Positions 51,686 to 64,000 of a DNA stretch of 64,000 bases are shown one piece after another (the stretch's first letter is position 1; every line of letters starts with the position of its first letter). Made by a program: the position numbers and the translations under genes. The DNA comes from Phoronis australis. Its lineage: Eukaryota; Animalia; Phoronida. Under the pieces are notes generated by a model. The model had not been told where the DNA came from and did not search any database. It was given only the letters and a program-made list of their open reading frames with translations. The stretch covers positions 1-64,000 of the forward strand of contig NMRA01000663.1 of assembly GCA_002633005.1 (NCBI GenBank). The letters are read 5' to 3'.

Positions 51686-54600
51686 CTGCCGGATGAGAAG
51701 AAACATGATCAATATATACCCATAGTTGAAAGAATTACTAAACCCTGTTTTGGTGATTTCAACCAACCCTCAGACACCTGCTAATGGTCTCCATTTGCTC
51801 CACAGTGTAAATTACTGTGTTAGCACACTGAATCTCTTTCCTGCAAAAACATGGTACTGTAATGAGGCTTTAATGTTCAAAATCAAGGACTCTAATGCAA
51901 CTTTAATTATATCTTAAGGGGATTCGGTCACTGTTCAGATAGATCTACAACATTCCTCTACGTATCAGTCTCGACATAACACTACGTCAAAATCGGCAAG
52001 TGCATAACCAAGTTAATCGGTCTTACATTTTTCACAAAATTGTTTAACATGTCGTTGACGGGAAGGTCTTTCATAGCATCTTCATCTTCTTGCGTTACCT
52101 TGGTAACAGGCAGAACTCCACTGGTGAAGTTCAGGAGATTATAAATTGTACAGATGGGGAACAAAGCTAGAATATAAACACAAAGACAAACTCAATAATA
52201 ATAAAAAAGAAACTTATGAATAATAAACAATACCGGAACGGAAGTGTGTGACCCATTAGTACCAGTCACTACAAAATCAGATAAACTGGAGCTTTTTTGA
52301 AGCATCCGGTCATGAACTGCATTTTATTTACCAATGTCACAACCCTCTCATGATATCTAGGCAATATCACAACTTGGTTTCAGTTTCTCCACAGCCATGA
52401 CATTTCTCAATAAATATTTGCTAGTAACAAATTTAAATAAGTGTTCGTACATTGCCATAGTTAAATTGGCGTGTATTACTACAATTAAAGATACAACCAC
52501 GATGTGTTGACAAAACTGAACATCTGCGGATTAAGTGAGACACAAATTTCCCGTCAACTAGCCTATTGCAAAATAGTGTTATTCCAAATAAGTACAAAAC
52601 AATATAATTTTCCAAATAGCATTGCGCGTGTGAAATCACGTGAGTGTGCCAAATAAGTGGATAATTACCGTACATGAGAACATGTTTGGTTTAAAGTTGT
52701 TCGATCAGAGCAAAACAGTTGTAATTCAAATTAAACCAACTCTTTTGTATACATTAAAACGGGTCATGATCTTTCATTCGTGCACAAAAATCCTCAAAGC
52801 CAAATGCACTTTCTGACAGTAAATATTTTTCAGCAGACCATAACTCTTCACTGAATGAAGACAAAAGGGGCTTGCTGTCCTGTCTACTCTCATATAAAAA
52901 CTAAGGTATCACTGGAAACCTTGAAGCGGAAACTTGAATAATGAACCCGGGTGCATCAATTGTAATGTACTGGAGCATAGTCAAAGGTGACTTTATAATC
53001 ATGAGAAGAATCGTACGTTGACATATCCTAACTGGTCAAGATTGGGCAACTCGACCGGTTTGCGTACCACAGCATCTGCCGATTCAAATCAAAGACACCA
53101 TGCTGTTGCGGTTAATTATCAGCCCAGGCTGCTGATGTTTTCTTTCTCTAGATAATGAGACCATCACATTGGGGGGCGACAATAGTATTTTTAAATCTTC
53201 GTTTTGAGAATTTGTAAATAGCATAATATTTGAATATTTCATGAAAAGTTCAAGTGGTAAAGCTTTTGAATTTTGAGAATTGGACGAGAAATGTGACTTT
53301 TACAACCTAAAGCATTTGTTTGATGTTGCAATAATATGCCCCTCATTAATTCTGCTGGGTGTGCAACATAATTGACCTATCACCAGGACTTTGAGTGACG
53401 GCTTAACTGACCATTTAGAACTCATCATTCTTGACACACCTTCGTTTCCAAGCCGCCATTTTACCCGACAAACAACCCGTTGCGGAGTAAAACTTCTTGT
53501 GTGTTAGTCGACATTACGCAAGGGGCGGAGCTTGCGATAGGTCAATTGGGCCAAACCACCAGGCAGCAGTTGGTTTTTGGAGGTAAGCCAAGTGTCATCA
53601 TACAATTCTTAGCATGATGTCCATATCAAAGGCAAAATACCGTAATTATATCAATGTATCAAGTTCAGCAATAAGATTTCATGTTTAAGATTTAGGCATT
53701 TAAAATTGTGCAATTGCCAGACCTGAGTCAAGAAAAACAAAATTTCTTACGTAATGCAGAGTCTGGATAGCCAATTGGCAAGGCAGGTCCTGCTCCTGGG
53801 CTGATGACAGCATCCAGCTTCGCAGCATTCCAGTGGTCCATGTTGGCTTTTCTCCATTTCTTAAGGACCAAACAGCAAAAACACATTTCTATAAGTTGAA
53901 CTTCACCACAAGGAATTTGCTTTCTAATCACACGTTTATATGATCAGTGGACAAACAAGTTAGAGATACCACACTGCGGGGTTCAAGTGAGTCATAACCT
54001 TATGATCAGTTCAATGGACCCAGCAACGCTGCGCTGCACAGTAATACGCATCAGGCCAATTGCCACTTTACAACAACTATGTGAATATAAGGTGGCGAGT
54101 CAGCCACTACAGAATTTTAAAAAATAAGTTCTGTGGCGAAAATAATTCGCTGCAGTTCACCGACCCGTGTCCAGTAAGTACCGTGACGTGGACCAGGGGA
54201 AATAACTTTCTTGGGTGATGTCTGCCTACAGGGTACACCATTAGGGCAAAGATCATCCATTCGAAGAATTTCTCGTTTTCACATTTTACGCAATTGCTAG
54301 TGAATATCGCAGTGAAAGCATTATGTGACAAACCAGACCATCGTAAAAATGACGACCCCACCCGTTGCACTTAGAAACAGTGGCGGAAATTAAGAAAATT
54401 AACCCAACCAGGGGTGGTGGTTTTCGTGGGTTAGAGTCCCTTTGAGTTTGATGAAACTTACCTCACATTCAACAGTATAGTCTATTTCATCTTTCAAGGA
54501 TCTAAAAATATGGATTAAACAATATTAAATAATGTCCACATTGGTCAACGCATAGCTCATCACAGAACAACAATAAATGATTGGAATAGAGTTGACGACC

Positions 54601-57600
54601 TGGTGTATTTGAGTTCCTAGATTTCGGGCCCCTCTTGGCCCTTCGTCGGTGTACTGGCGAAGATTTCATGTCACATGGCTATCTGTGGGCGGTACTTAGC
54701 AGTTGTCAAACACCACCTGGTGACTATCACTTGAGAAGAAGCGCTGGTAAATGGCTAGTAGTTCATGGCCACTGTCTCTGTATAACTCTGGATTGTTGCA
54801 CCTGAATTCAACTGATCCCAAGACTTTTATGATTCCAATATTTATGCTCTCTTGAAATCGTGAGCAACAAACCAGAGTTGAACAGACAGTGGCTGCCATT
54901 TACCAGATTCTCATGTCAAGTGATAGTCAACAGGTGGCCAAGTGACACGGAAATCCACGTCAGTACCCTGAATGCTAGGTCCTCAAATACACCAGGTCGC
55001 CAATAGGTAACAACTTTATTCCTATAATAAGTAACGGTGCCAGTCACGGTTATGAACATTCATTCCTCCAATATTTAATTGACTTCCTCTTACGCTATAT
55101 CAGTGGTGTCACACGCTGTGTCACATTGAAAACCAGACGTGTTTTGGGTACAGTTTTGTGTATGGAACCCATTGCTTCTTTACATGGCACATTTGCCGTT
55201 GTCGGCAATCCACAGATTATGCGCGCACCCACTGAGGGGGCTTCAAATGAGTCCCTCCCCCATTTGGCGAAGTGGGCAAAAAGGTCTGCCTCAAAGAAAC
55301 AAAAAGTCCAAGAAAACGAGACGAAAGTCCACTAAAAAGGCAGGAATTTGGCAAATGCACAATTCATACCTTTGACTGAACCCCGTTCTTTTTTATTAAA
55401 AGGTACCCATTCACAAAAATTCGAGCCCAACTATATTTTAGACAGGGTGCGCGCATGCAGATAGATTCGCTGCCACTAGTTTGGAAGTTTGGGTCAACTT
55501 ATCTCTCAGTTATTATCATACGTAATTCAGTATATTTTTATTAAACAAAATCATTCCTTTCTCAGACTAACCACTCATGCATTCATTGCGCATATATGTA
55601 AAACATATGAATACGTAAAATAAAAAGCTGACATTATGTTCCGTTATTTGCTTACTTGTGTTGGTCAGATAAACAAAACATGTTTTTCACATCTGTGGAT
55701 GGATACCAACACGATTGACCACCATGAATAGCGAGGTCTTTTGAACTAGTCACTATGACAATTATAGTGGATGAAATTGTTTCGTTTAAAGACCGTTTGT
55801 TATGCTACTACCAATGGCAATATCTTCCAATGTGAAGAGGTTTGTTCTGTTGAACCCATTCGCAGGCCACGGTATGTTTGGTCGTATTGTTTACAAAAGT
55901 CCCACACCAAGATTCTTCTATAGGCCCCTTACCACCTGACTGTTGGCACCGATTGTTTGGTAGGCCGCTCATGGGGGTTCGTTGGCAACGCTTATCAATT
56001 CAACATTTTACGAATTGATTGTTATCACACGTAGGAAAGAAGAGATTTGATAAAAACTGTTGAGCATGCAATTGTTCATTATATAAATGAATACTTACAC
56101 AAGACCACACATGCCCCTCAGGACAATAGAAGTAAAAGGGCTCTGAAAGTAAAAATAAACAATTTATGAAAAGACATCGGGACAATCAGGAAAGCGTTTT
56201 AGCCATAAACAAGTGCTCAAAGACAAAAGCCAGTAATTTTGACAATACTAACATTAAATACAAATACCTGGTGATTTCAGAGACACCTTTCGCACTTAAT
56301 TGCCTTAATTAGCTATGCAAGCACTTACCACGGTGTGGCGCAGTCAATCCATCAATATCATGTTTATTCTCTCAAATTCTTAATTATATAAGCAAAAATT
56401 ATTTTTGGACCACAGAAGTGGAACCCCCTACATTAATATGAAACCTTACCCAGAGGTCGGTGGCCGAAGAGCGGGACATCTATATTAATATGATTAGCAC
56501 CACCATTTTCGCTTTCTTCAAACTAGGTAGCCAATTATACCAATGTAGAGGGTCACAATTTTTAAGCTTGAAATTAATTTTAATTTTCTTTCCTGTCGTT
56601 TTAGTAAGTATGAGTCTTTTAAACCACAGCAAAAATTCCCGAATTTAGGACAGTGAAAAAATGAATATTGCGAACCTCTTCTAAATTTTACAAATAGGCA
56701 ATATTGGCCTTCCGAAATTCGAGAAATATGAGAAAGACGGCAAAATCTGCCGAGTCCGAAATTTGAAAAAATAAGGTAATGCCAAACTCGACTGTGTCCT
56801 AAATTTCAGAATCAAAAGAGGCAATTCGGTTGGATTTGAGCTACACAGTCTGATCGACTTTCTCATATGGTAATTTCGTGCTGTAGCACTACGCCACCAC
56901 TGTGCAGGTTACTAAATTAAGGGTTCAGTTAGTAATACTGCCCATGTCACAAAAAATCAAAGTTCTTATTTTTGTTCAAATGCCGCTTATATTTCCATTT
57001 GTTTAAAAGGTTCAAATTGGAAATGACTTTAGACTGGTCATTAGTTAGCGGTCAAAAAATTCTTTTTAATGAGTTTTTAATTAAACATAAGTGAGAAGAG
57101 TATCTTTAACCATGTCCCCATCACCACCTGACATCTCAGAACTCACCAGTGGCTTCAACAAATACGCCAGCAGCAGCTTTACATGTCTGGGCAACAGCAT
57201 GGTGTAATATGTCATCTGCATAGGTGTAGAGACAGAGTCGCCACGCCTGAAAACAATACAATGCAAACTACTAAAATTGCCACTAGGGGGCACAGCAATA
57301 GTCAGATCCATCCGAAAGTCATTGTCATCTCTCGTTATCTCCATAGGAACACATCAGCCAATTTTCATGAAGATCCTGAGACAAAGGCTTTTGGACCCCA
57401 GACGCCTGGACAGAGACGACAGCAATATGCACCATCATATATTGTACATCATGACATGAAATTATCATTTCCATTGAATACCCACCAGGATCGACTCATT
57501 ATCCAGCGAGTCATGATAAGCTCAATTCAATATCTCAGTTTTGAGTTGCTTATATCGCAAGTCCTATTCACGTTAAGATAATTGAGCGCAGACTGCATTC

Positions 57601-60600
57601 CTTATCAGTCACACAGCTGAAGTCAATTTAATTTTGACCTACGTAAGCCCGGTAATAGTGAACTGATTTTTAGATTCCCACACCGATTTCGGTTACTTTT
57701 TTATGATCTACATATCTGTAGAATCATTAACTCCTTAAAATATATAGCTTTAAAGCAGTTTTAAGGACAAAGGCAACCTTTTTCATGTCATTTTTAGCAA
57801 AAATAACATTCGTTGATTATCCCAGACATATTTTTCACTTAATTACAGCTTTTTGTAATTTAATTAATTGTTCGTCCTCTACTCAGGAAGTGCCGTTTTG
57901 GGAGGCAAAAAAGGTTGTCTTCGACTTTAATAGGCAGGGCTGTTTATGACATTTCATGACACAGCTCGCAATGCTCGATTAACTGTGTTGACCGTGCATG
58001 GAAATACATTTTCAATGATTATCGCTGATCGAAAAGAGTCCAGACGCTTCCGGCTTAGCTTTGCGCATAATAATGGCCGGGGTATCTGAACCTCCTCAGA
58101 ACGCTGGTTGATGTAAGTCAGTGTAAATGAGAAATTCACGTAATGATGTGGGCACATCAACGGAATATTTTATCTACTAGTTTCGTGTAAAAACAGATTA
58201 TTTATTACTTAAAATAACAATAACATCATCTCCAAAGCAATGCCAAGTGTCAATATTCCTGTCTCTTGTCACACTGTCAACGATGAGCTGCAAGGAGTGC
58301 TCGCAACTTTTATGTAGAACAAGAATTTGATTAATTTATAAATAAACAAATGTAAAAGAAAAAATGTCGCACAGGAAGTAAGAGAATATTGAATACATCA
58401 TTTTTTATTCATTTTGCACCTAAGTAAGGGTCATAATTTGACTGTCTTATTTCTAGTTATATTTACAAGAGCCACACTGAGCATTGATTTGCAGGGGCTC
58501 AACATCAGTTGTAGTCCAGTTATTACGAAAATATTGTTCAAATTTCATAAAGACTACTTGGTAGATATTAAGATGGATGCAATAACTTGCCCCTAGAAGA
58601 CTTACACAGTAGTCAACCCATCCACAAACCAACAAGCACATCAAGGAACTTGGTGGATAACAAGGCAGATGCAAAGAAAACTAAGATTGCCACTGGGAGG
58701 CGCCACAGTACTCAGACTTTTCCGAAAATTAACGTTATGCATGCTCTCCGCTAACTACTATACTTTCGTGATGATTGCCTAAGCAGTTTGTCGAACAGAG
58801 AGGCGGATGCCAAAAACATACTAAAATAACAACAATTACCACTAGGGTCGTCTCCGTGTTACAAACCTGTGGCGAATTCCATGAAAATCTGCCAAGGAAT
58901 TTGGTAGAAACCACAAAGAAAAGTAAAAGCAATTGCAAAAAAAAATGTTAAAATTTCCACTAGGTGGCACAACAATAGCTGAGTTTATCAGAAAGTCGTC
59001 CTCATCCATCGTCACATTGAAAGATTAGCCAGAAATTTTTACTTCCAATTTTACAACATTTTGAGATCGAGAAGAAATTTATTCAAAACTACGGGTGTTA
59101 TCAACAATTTTGTGACAGTCTAAAAATAATTTAAGAGCTGAATTAAGGTTGTTTGATACTTCTGGATCTTCTAGTTTACCGTGATTGCACTATGATGGCT
59201 GATAACAAGCATTTGTCACAGAGTGACTTATAAACTGTCCTCCACCAACGCAGGTCCCGAAACTACACCTCTGACAGTAAAACTGCAGCTTCCTTACATG
59301 AAATATCGAGACAACATTTTCCACAACAAATTGACCTTCTTGGTGTGAACTTGAAAATAATGTCAAGGTAACTAAAAACAACACATCAGAGTAAAATATC
59401 AACAAAATTTGCAGCTTCCTTTTGGAGATATCGCGGCAACAACATGTCGTCATACAGACGTACGGTCGTGACTACTATGTCCCCGCTTCGCGTTAACACG
59501 CGATTGGGGACGACCAGCATTCATGTCACTTACATGTAGTCAAGCACTTCTTGGCTTTGATTGGGGGAAAGTCCTTGGAACATAAAGTCTGTTATGCCCT
59601 TGGAGTACTCATGCGGTTGCCACGGAACCACCTAAAATAAACCAACACACCCGCGGGACCTGTTAATGCCAACAATAATTAAAGCCCTAATTTCATTGTC
59701 AGAAGATGTAAAGTTAAGCAATCACGTATGTCCAAAATTGAATTTTTTTCCGTAACCATTCACTGTCTTTAATTTGGGACAAAAATATTTGCTACAATTG
59801 ACATTTCGCGTAGGCTTAGTGTAATGCAGCAATTACCTCCAAGGAGCTGTGAACTTTGAATAGCGGAGAACACCATGAAAGTTACTTTTGTTCAATAATT
59901 TTACAAAAAAATCCCTTTTCTGTTACATTGTGTCCCAAACTGCTGTTTGTTTCCACATTATGATTGCAAAAAAACTGTTGGCAACTCTTTTAGAAGCTCT
60001 TTACCTCATGACCTAATTTCTCCAAAGCCTGCTTAGCCAGCAACACTGCACGTCGAGAGGCCGGTAGGGTTGGGAAGACCCCTTCACATTCTGCGAAGAA
60101 ACCAATTCTGAGAGGTCTCGTACTGTTGTATACCTATTAATTAATGAAAAGACACATGTATTTAGTAATTGTAATTAGCATTACGGTTTGAGCTTTTAGT
60201 AATCACAAAGAACTTACACAAAAATAATTACTCTTAAAATTGAAATGTAAATTTTACTCACACAGGCAGAAACACTTCTCTGTGTCTATTAAAATATATG
60301 ATGAGGTCAGTGTCAATAGAGAGCTGATGCATCTCGCTATGGAGAAGTGGAAACAAGCCAAGACAATTTTAGAGTGAAAATTTGTTCCAATTTACAAACA
60401 ATTGATCTGACATTTAGGTACCATCTCGTGGTCCTACTCGTCATTACACGAATAAGCCGCATGCAGGGAAAATACACATTTTTAAAGATATGCAGAATTT
60501 TCACCGCCGGTCCTTCATCAGTGTCCCGAGTGGCTTTCACCAGGATCAAAGAGAGCGCGGAGCCCGAGTCAGACACAATTGGGATGACCGCATTGTTTGG

Positions 60601-62089
60601 TGCGAGCAAGACCCGTTAAGAGTAAATAACCCGGCTATGAACAGTTACAGTAGTAAACATGCATCTTTTGCCTGTCCATACTGGAGAATTTTCAAAATGC
60701 ATAAACTTATAATTTACGTTTGGAAAGACCTACAATATTTGTGTGTTATCACGCACCCTTTGTAAAAACAAGGTTGTATTTTTGTATTTATGTTATGCAT
60801 ATATTTTGAGTTCTAATAAAGATCAAACGTGAACCAGTGACATTGTAGTTCAAATGTGTTAGCTACGAAATGTTTTGAATACTGTAGCTGTAATCTGGAA
60901 AGTTAAGGGCTGGGCTCAAAATTTATTTTAACTATTAACTGACTTCTAAGTTTCACTAACAATCAAAACCTGCCAGTGTTTTGACACAGATATCAAGGTA
61001 TCAGGAAATACAATTTATTTTTGAGTGTTAAAAAATAGACATTCAAAATGTCAAATGCTGAAAAAAGAAAGGACTTCATTAAGGTTGACAATTGCTTTTC
61101 ATTTCTTTGCTAATTTACAATTTTTGCGATAACTCCAACAAAACAAGGCAAAGTCTTTTTGAGCAGATTTCATTATTACATATGTGTGTGTGTCTGTGCG
61201 TGCGTGCGTGTGTGCGTGCGTGCGTGCACGTATATCGTCAGCATATGGTAACAATCGGTCGAATGTAATGTGAAGCATACCTCATTGTTGAACGGTAGAG
61301 GTGGAACATCAGGATCAAGCTCAAACATATCGGGCACAAGGACAGACTTCATAGCAATGGCAAGACTGTCAACATCTCGGGCAAGTGGACCTATAGAGCC
61401 TTGCACTAGAACAAGAAAGTCATTCTCAAGTTACAGTACAAGACTAAAGACCTCAGCACTGGAATAAGAAAGTCATTATGAAGTTACAGTACAAGACAAA
61501 AGTAATCAGACAAAATATCATTTCCCCATCAAGACGGCTAAATCTTCCAACATCAAAAATGGCTGATTGTATCTGTTACGGGACAAAATCATAATTGCAG
61601 AATGGATTAGTCACCTTACTGACTTTCTTGGTAATTTCCCTTCGTTCTCAGTCACGAGAGAAGAATGGTCCATCATGACATGGAATTCTAGGTCGTTTTG
61701 TACAATTATACTTAATATGCTTTGTACTGTAGAATTTCTTCTCTCGTTCCTTTTGATTCAACTGCACTGAATGCGCTTTTTCAACCAATGACAGAAGGTA
61801 GATTTAAAGACTTTGTCGGGTTCTATTCAGTTTTTTGTAGTAAAAGGTCAACAATCTCAAAAATCTGAGCCCCCTATGTTTTTGGCTGGGTGAGTTGGAT
61901 AGATTGATATCAGGATTTGGAAACCCCTGTCTGGAGTTGAGACTAAACGAAAGATATCAGATGTAAAGGCCGCTCCTTTTACATCCCGATAAAAATAATC
62001 AAAAATTTTCCACAGAACACAGACGTGATGGGAAAATGTATTACTCACGTGCAAGGTTGCCTGCACAAAATGGCATCATTCCCTTTTTG
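51566..62089 (-). CDS. FAAH: Fatty acid amide hydrolase-like amidase (FAAH1 / vitamin D3 hydroxylase-associated protein family), 3' ten coding exons; 5' exons with the catalytic triad lie beyond the window
   Basis: Exons 62089-62049, 61405-61281, 60133-60005, 59631-59534, 57246-57147, 56142-56099, 54501-54462, 53859-53751, 52166-52027 and 51685-51566 all have GT/AG boundaries and join in one frame. Motifs: GPLARDVDSL, DPDVPPLPFN, RPLRIGF, LDAVISP, YNLLNFTSGVLPV, GLPVSVQVATLPYRDEQCLRVMKE. Confidence 0.93.
52027..52166 (-). CDS. FAAH: FAAH-like exon, 140 nt (LFPICTIYNLLNFTSGVLPVTKVTQEDEDAMKDLPVNDMLNNFVKN)
   Basis: tatattctag acceptor, gtaaga donor; cf. human YNCLDFPAGVVPVTTVTAEDE. Confidence 0.93.
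53751..53859 (-). CDS. FAAH: FAAH-like exon, 109 nt (KWRKANMDHWNAAKLDAVISPGAGPALPIGYPDSAL)
   Basis: ccttaag acceptor, gtaaga donor; W...LD.V..P..PA motif. Confidence 0.9.
54462..54501 (-). CDS. FAAH: FAAH-like exon, 40 nt (SLKDEIDYTVECE)
   Basis: tatttttag acceptor, gtaagt donor; phase 2-0 fits. Confidence 0.8.
54592..55003. mobile_element. Fold-back MITE in a FAAH intron, with inverted arms covering most of its length
   Basis: ttgacgacctggtgtatttgagttcctag pairs with ctaggtcctcaaatacaccaggtcgccaa. Inner blocks ccacctggtgactatcacttga..ctggtaaatggc pair with gccatttaccag..tcaagtgatagtcaacaggtgg. Confidence 0.85.
56099..56142 (-). CDS. FAAH: FAAH-like exon, 44 nt (SPFTSIVLRGMCGL)
   Basis: tttttactttcag acceptor, gtaagt donor; phase 0-2 fits. 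Confidence 0.8.
57147..57246 (-). CDS. FAAH: FAAH-like exon, 100 nt (RGDSVSTPMQMTYYTMLLPRHVKLLLAYLLKPL)
   Basis: tgttttcag acceptor, gtgagt donor; membrane-binding helix like human LPQWLKGLLAFLVKPL. Confidence 0.9.
58465..59511 (+). mobile_element. Possible HINE/Helentron-like (pearl-like) non-autonomous element in a FAAH intron
   Basis: Starts acaagag. Internal diverged repeats carry ccact(a/g)gg. Ends cagacgtacgg...ctatgtccccgcttcgcgttaacacgcgattggggac (terminal hairpin at 59479-59511). Confidence 0.45.
59534..59631 (-). CDS. FAAH: FAAH-like exon, 98 nt (VVPWQPHEYSKGITDFMFQGLSPNQSQEVLDY)
   Basis: ttattttag acceptor, gtaagt donor; phase 0-2 fits its neighbours. Confidence 0.85.
60005..60133 (-). 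CDS. FAAH: FAAH-like exon, 129 nt (VYNSTRPLRIGFFAECEGVFPTLPASRRAVLLAKQALEKLGHE)
   Basis: ttaatag acceptor, gtaaag donor; matches the FAAH VY..S.PLRVGY...RRAV...K..LE.AGH segment. Confidence 0.93.
61180..61235. repeat. (GT)/(GCGT)n alternating purine-pyrimidine microsatellite
   Basis: atatgtgtgtgtgtctgtgcgtgcgtgcgtgtgtgcgtgcgtgcgtgcacgtatat; similar tracts at ~14141-14200 and ~17193-17224. Confidence 0.9.
61281..61405 (-). CDS. FAAH: FAAH-like exon, 125 nt (QGSIGPLARDVDSLAIAMKSVLVPDMFELDPDVPPLPFNNE)
   Basis: ttcttgttctag acceptor, gtatgc donor; conserved amidase motif. Confidence 0.93.
62049..62089 (-). CDS. FAAH: FAAH-like exon, 41 nt (KKGMMPFCAGNLA)
   Basis: gtctgttgcag acceptor, gtgagt donor; phase fits the next exon. 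Confidence 0.8.
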
Positions 62090-64000
62090 CTGCAACAGAC
62101 AGATTAAAATTTACTACAACGTGCACCAAAGCACAGAAATCAGTACAATGGCTTCAGCTGGGGATTCTGAATGTAGATGACGGAGTGTTCTGGGTACATT
62201 ACGGTACTGTATCATAATAATTTTTTGCAATTGTTTTGCACCCAACCTTCACCTTCATTAGGAACCAGGCCGGTCAGTGATATCTACATCAACCGGGAAA
62301 ACCAGTGACAACGTCAGCCCTTGACATAACGAAATGCTCATATTGACGTGTTGTACAGGATATTTATCACATATGTGATGTCTTCACAGCAATAAAATAC
62401 TGGCTGAAATAAATTGAAATGTCAAGGACAGAAACTGTTTACTTTTTAACGTGTGTGACTTCTGAACTTGAATTCCTCGAGAAAAGATAGTGTAGAGCCC
62501 TTCTTTCGTGGAAGAAATGCGATAAAAATTAGCCATTACTATGTGATGGGCTATTAAGGCCGAGGTTGACAACAATTTTGAGTCGATGCGCGTTTCAACT
62601 AATGTTTTCATTCAGCGTGGTAGATAACTGATGTTTGCATCGTGGCATCAGACATAAGACTGAGTCTGGCAATTAATAACAAAAGAAAGATATTGGGCTA
62701 TGAAAACAGATATCGTCTGGAATACGGACTAAACTGCAGCTAGTTGTAACGTATAAGGGCAAGCAAGTCACCCCTGCTCAGTTCCGTGTCTTAAACCGAA
62801 TTTTAAGTCTTTTTATTGCAACTTTCAGTAATATACTTTGATCTTAAACAATAGAACACAGCGAGTGAAGAAGAACTCAACTATAACTATGTTACGGCAC
62901 TCGCTCCTCGGTTCCTAGCTCGGTTTTACTCAGTTGTCTCCCACTTAACCGCATATGAGTAAAATTGGATATAAGCACCTGCATGGTTCTAGACGAATGC
63001 ATATGCAGTTAAAAATCTTCAAACTCGTAGAGTTAATGACATAGTATGCTCATCTTATTGTAGTGCAGTCATGAACATCTAACCATTGTGAGGTTTTGGA
63101 CTAAACTGTCGCTTACCAATTTACTGCCGCTTATCAGATCAGAAAAGTTGTTGAAAAATACAGAACTTTCCGTAAATATTGTGCATTGATTACAGGGAAA
63201 TTACTAGAGTTTTGACAAATATTAGGCCATAAAAAGACTTTGATAATAGTTGTGTACCATTTTGTGGAAAAGTTAGTCGACTCATGCATTTCCAATACTG
63301 GAAATTGGCGTCACAATTATGATTCATCATATATCATTAATGAGTCTGCTCGTTGTGAAAATCATTGCTTGTTAAAGAGGTCTGGAACGCAACTCATGAA
63401 AAGCAGGTTTTAAACTGATGGTGGAGAATTTCTTGGGGATGCTAACGTGACAGTTATTCACTTTGAATATTGCAAGAATTTCTACAAAAAATGCCTATTC
63501 CCAATTCTTGAAACAGACGTAATGTAAATTCTTTCATCCCATACAGTTTTCAAACTCTCCGCCCCTAAAAATATGTAAGCGCTCAATGAATTGCCCAGTA
63601 AACATGTCCCAATGAGTGCATCATCATCATTTTGTTTACATCAAAGGTCAAAGGTTACCTTTTCCATATAATGGAAGTGCCATGCCTTACCAAATAAGGA
63701 GACATACATTGCCTTGTGGAAAAACAATTGACGAAAGGGACTAACAGTTGTCAATCATTTTCTCAAATTTGAAACTAAATGATTAAAATGTATTGACATT
63801 AGCAGAAATTCGAAATCGTTACAAACAAACAATAAAAATACCTGGTACAAAAAGTTTGATTTCTGTTTCTGTGGCAGAGACCCATTTTGACTGAAGCAAC
63901 TGAGTCTGTTTTTGCGTTGTACGCCGTGCACAGGGCTTGGAATGAACAATTGCAAAAAAGAGGAAAGTTTTTCAGGTGCTGTATCGTTCCACAAATATAT

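Noticed and set aside
56268-56370. Alternative candidates for the short FAAH exon
   Set aside because: Wrong phase, in-frame stop or poor acceptor; 56099-56142 fits.

Overview
AT-rich eukaryotic (animal) genomic DNA from a draft assembly with N-gaps and single-N contig joins. The repeat style suggests a marine invertebrate, possibly hemichordate-like; that is inference only. Three protein-coding loci are supported. (1) 23527-25173 (+): an intronless 548-aa type I membrane protein that looks like a cut-down NCAM/Fasciclin II (signal peptide, mucin-like stalk, one Ig, one FN3, NCAM-type TM/juxtamembrane motif, polyproline tail). (2) A 402-aa protein I do not recognise, present twice (42722-43930 and 45960-47168), most likely two haplotypes joined across a gap; RFX X-box motifs lie upstream. 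(3) The ten 3' coding exons of a fatty acid amide hydrolase (FAAH)-like amidase on the minus strand (62089 to 51566), all in frame, with exon sizes close to those I recall for human FAAH exons 6-15. The rest is MITE-like inverted repeats, a TTA-flanked non-autonomous Harbinger retaining a Myb/SANT relic, an L1/Tx1 ORF2 fragment, a HINE/Helentron-like element, micro/minisatellites and a second haplotype-like duplication (17760-20492). I found no rRNA, tRNA or CRISPR array and no evidence of a multi-gene novel system. The best leads are the NCAM-like retrogene candidate, the orphan gene with X-boxes, a decayed spliced ORF at 28.3-30.2 kb, and splice-site curiosities in the FAAH introns.
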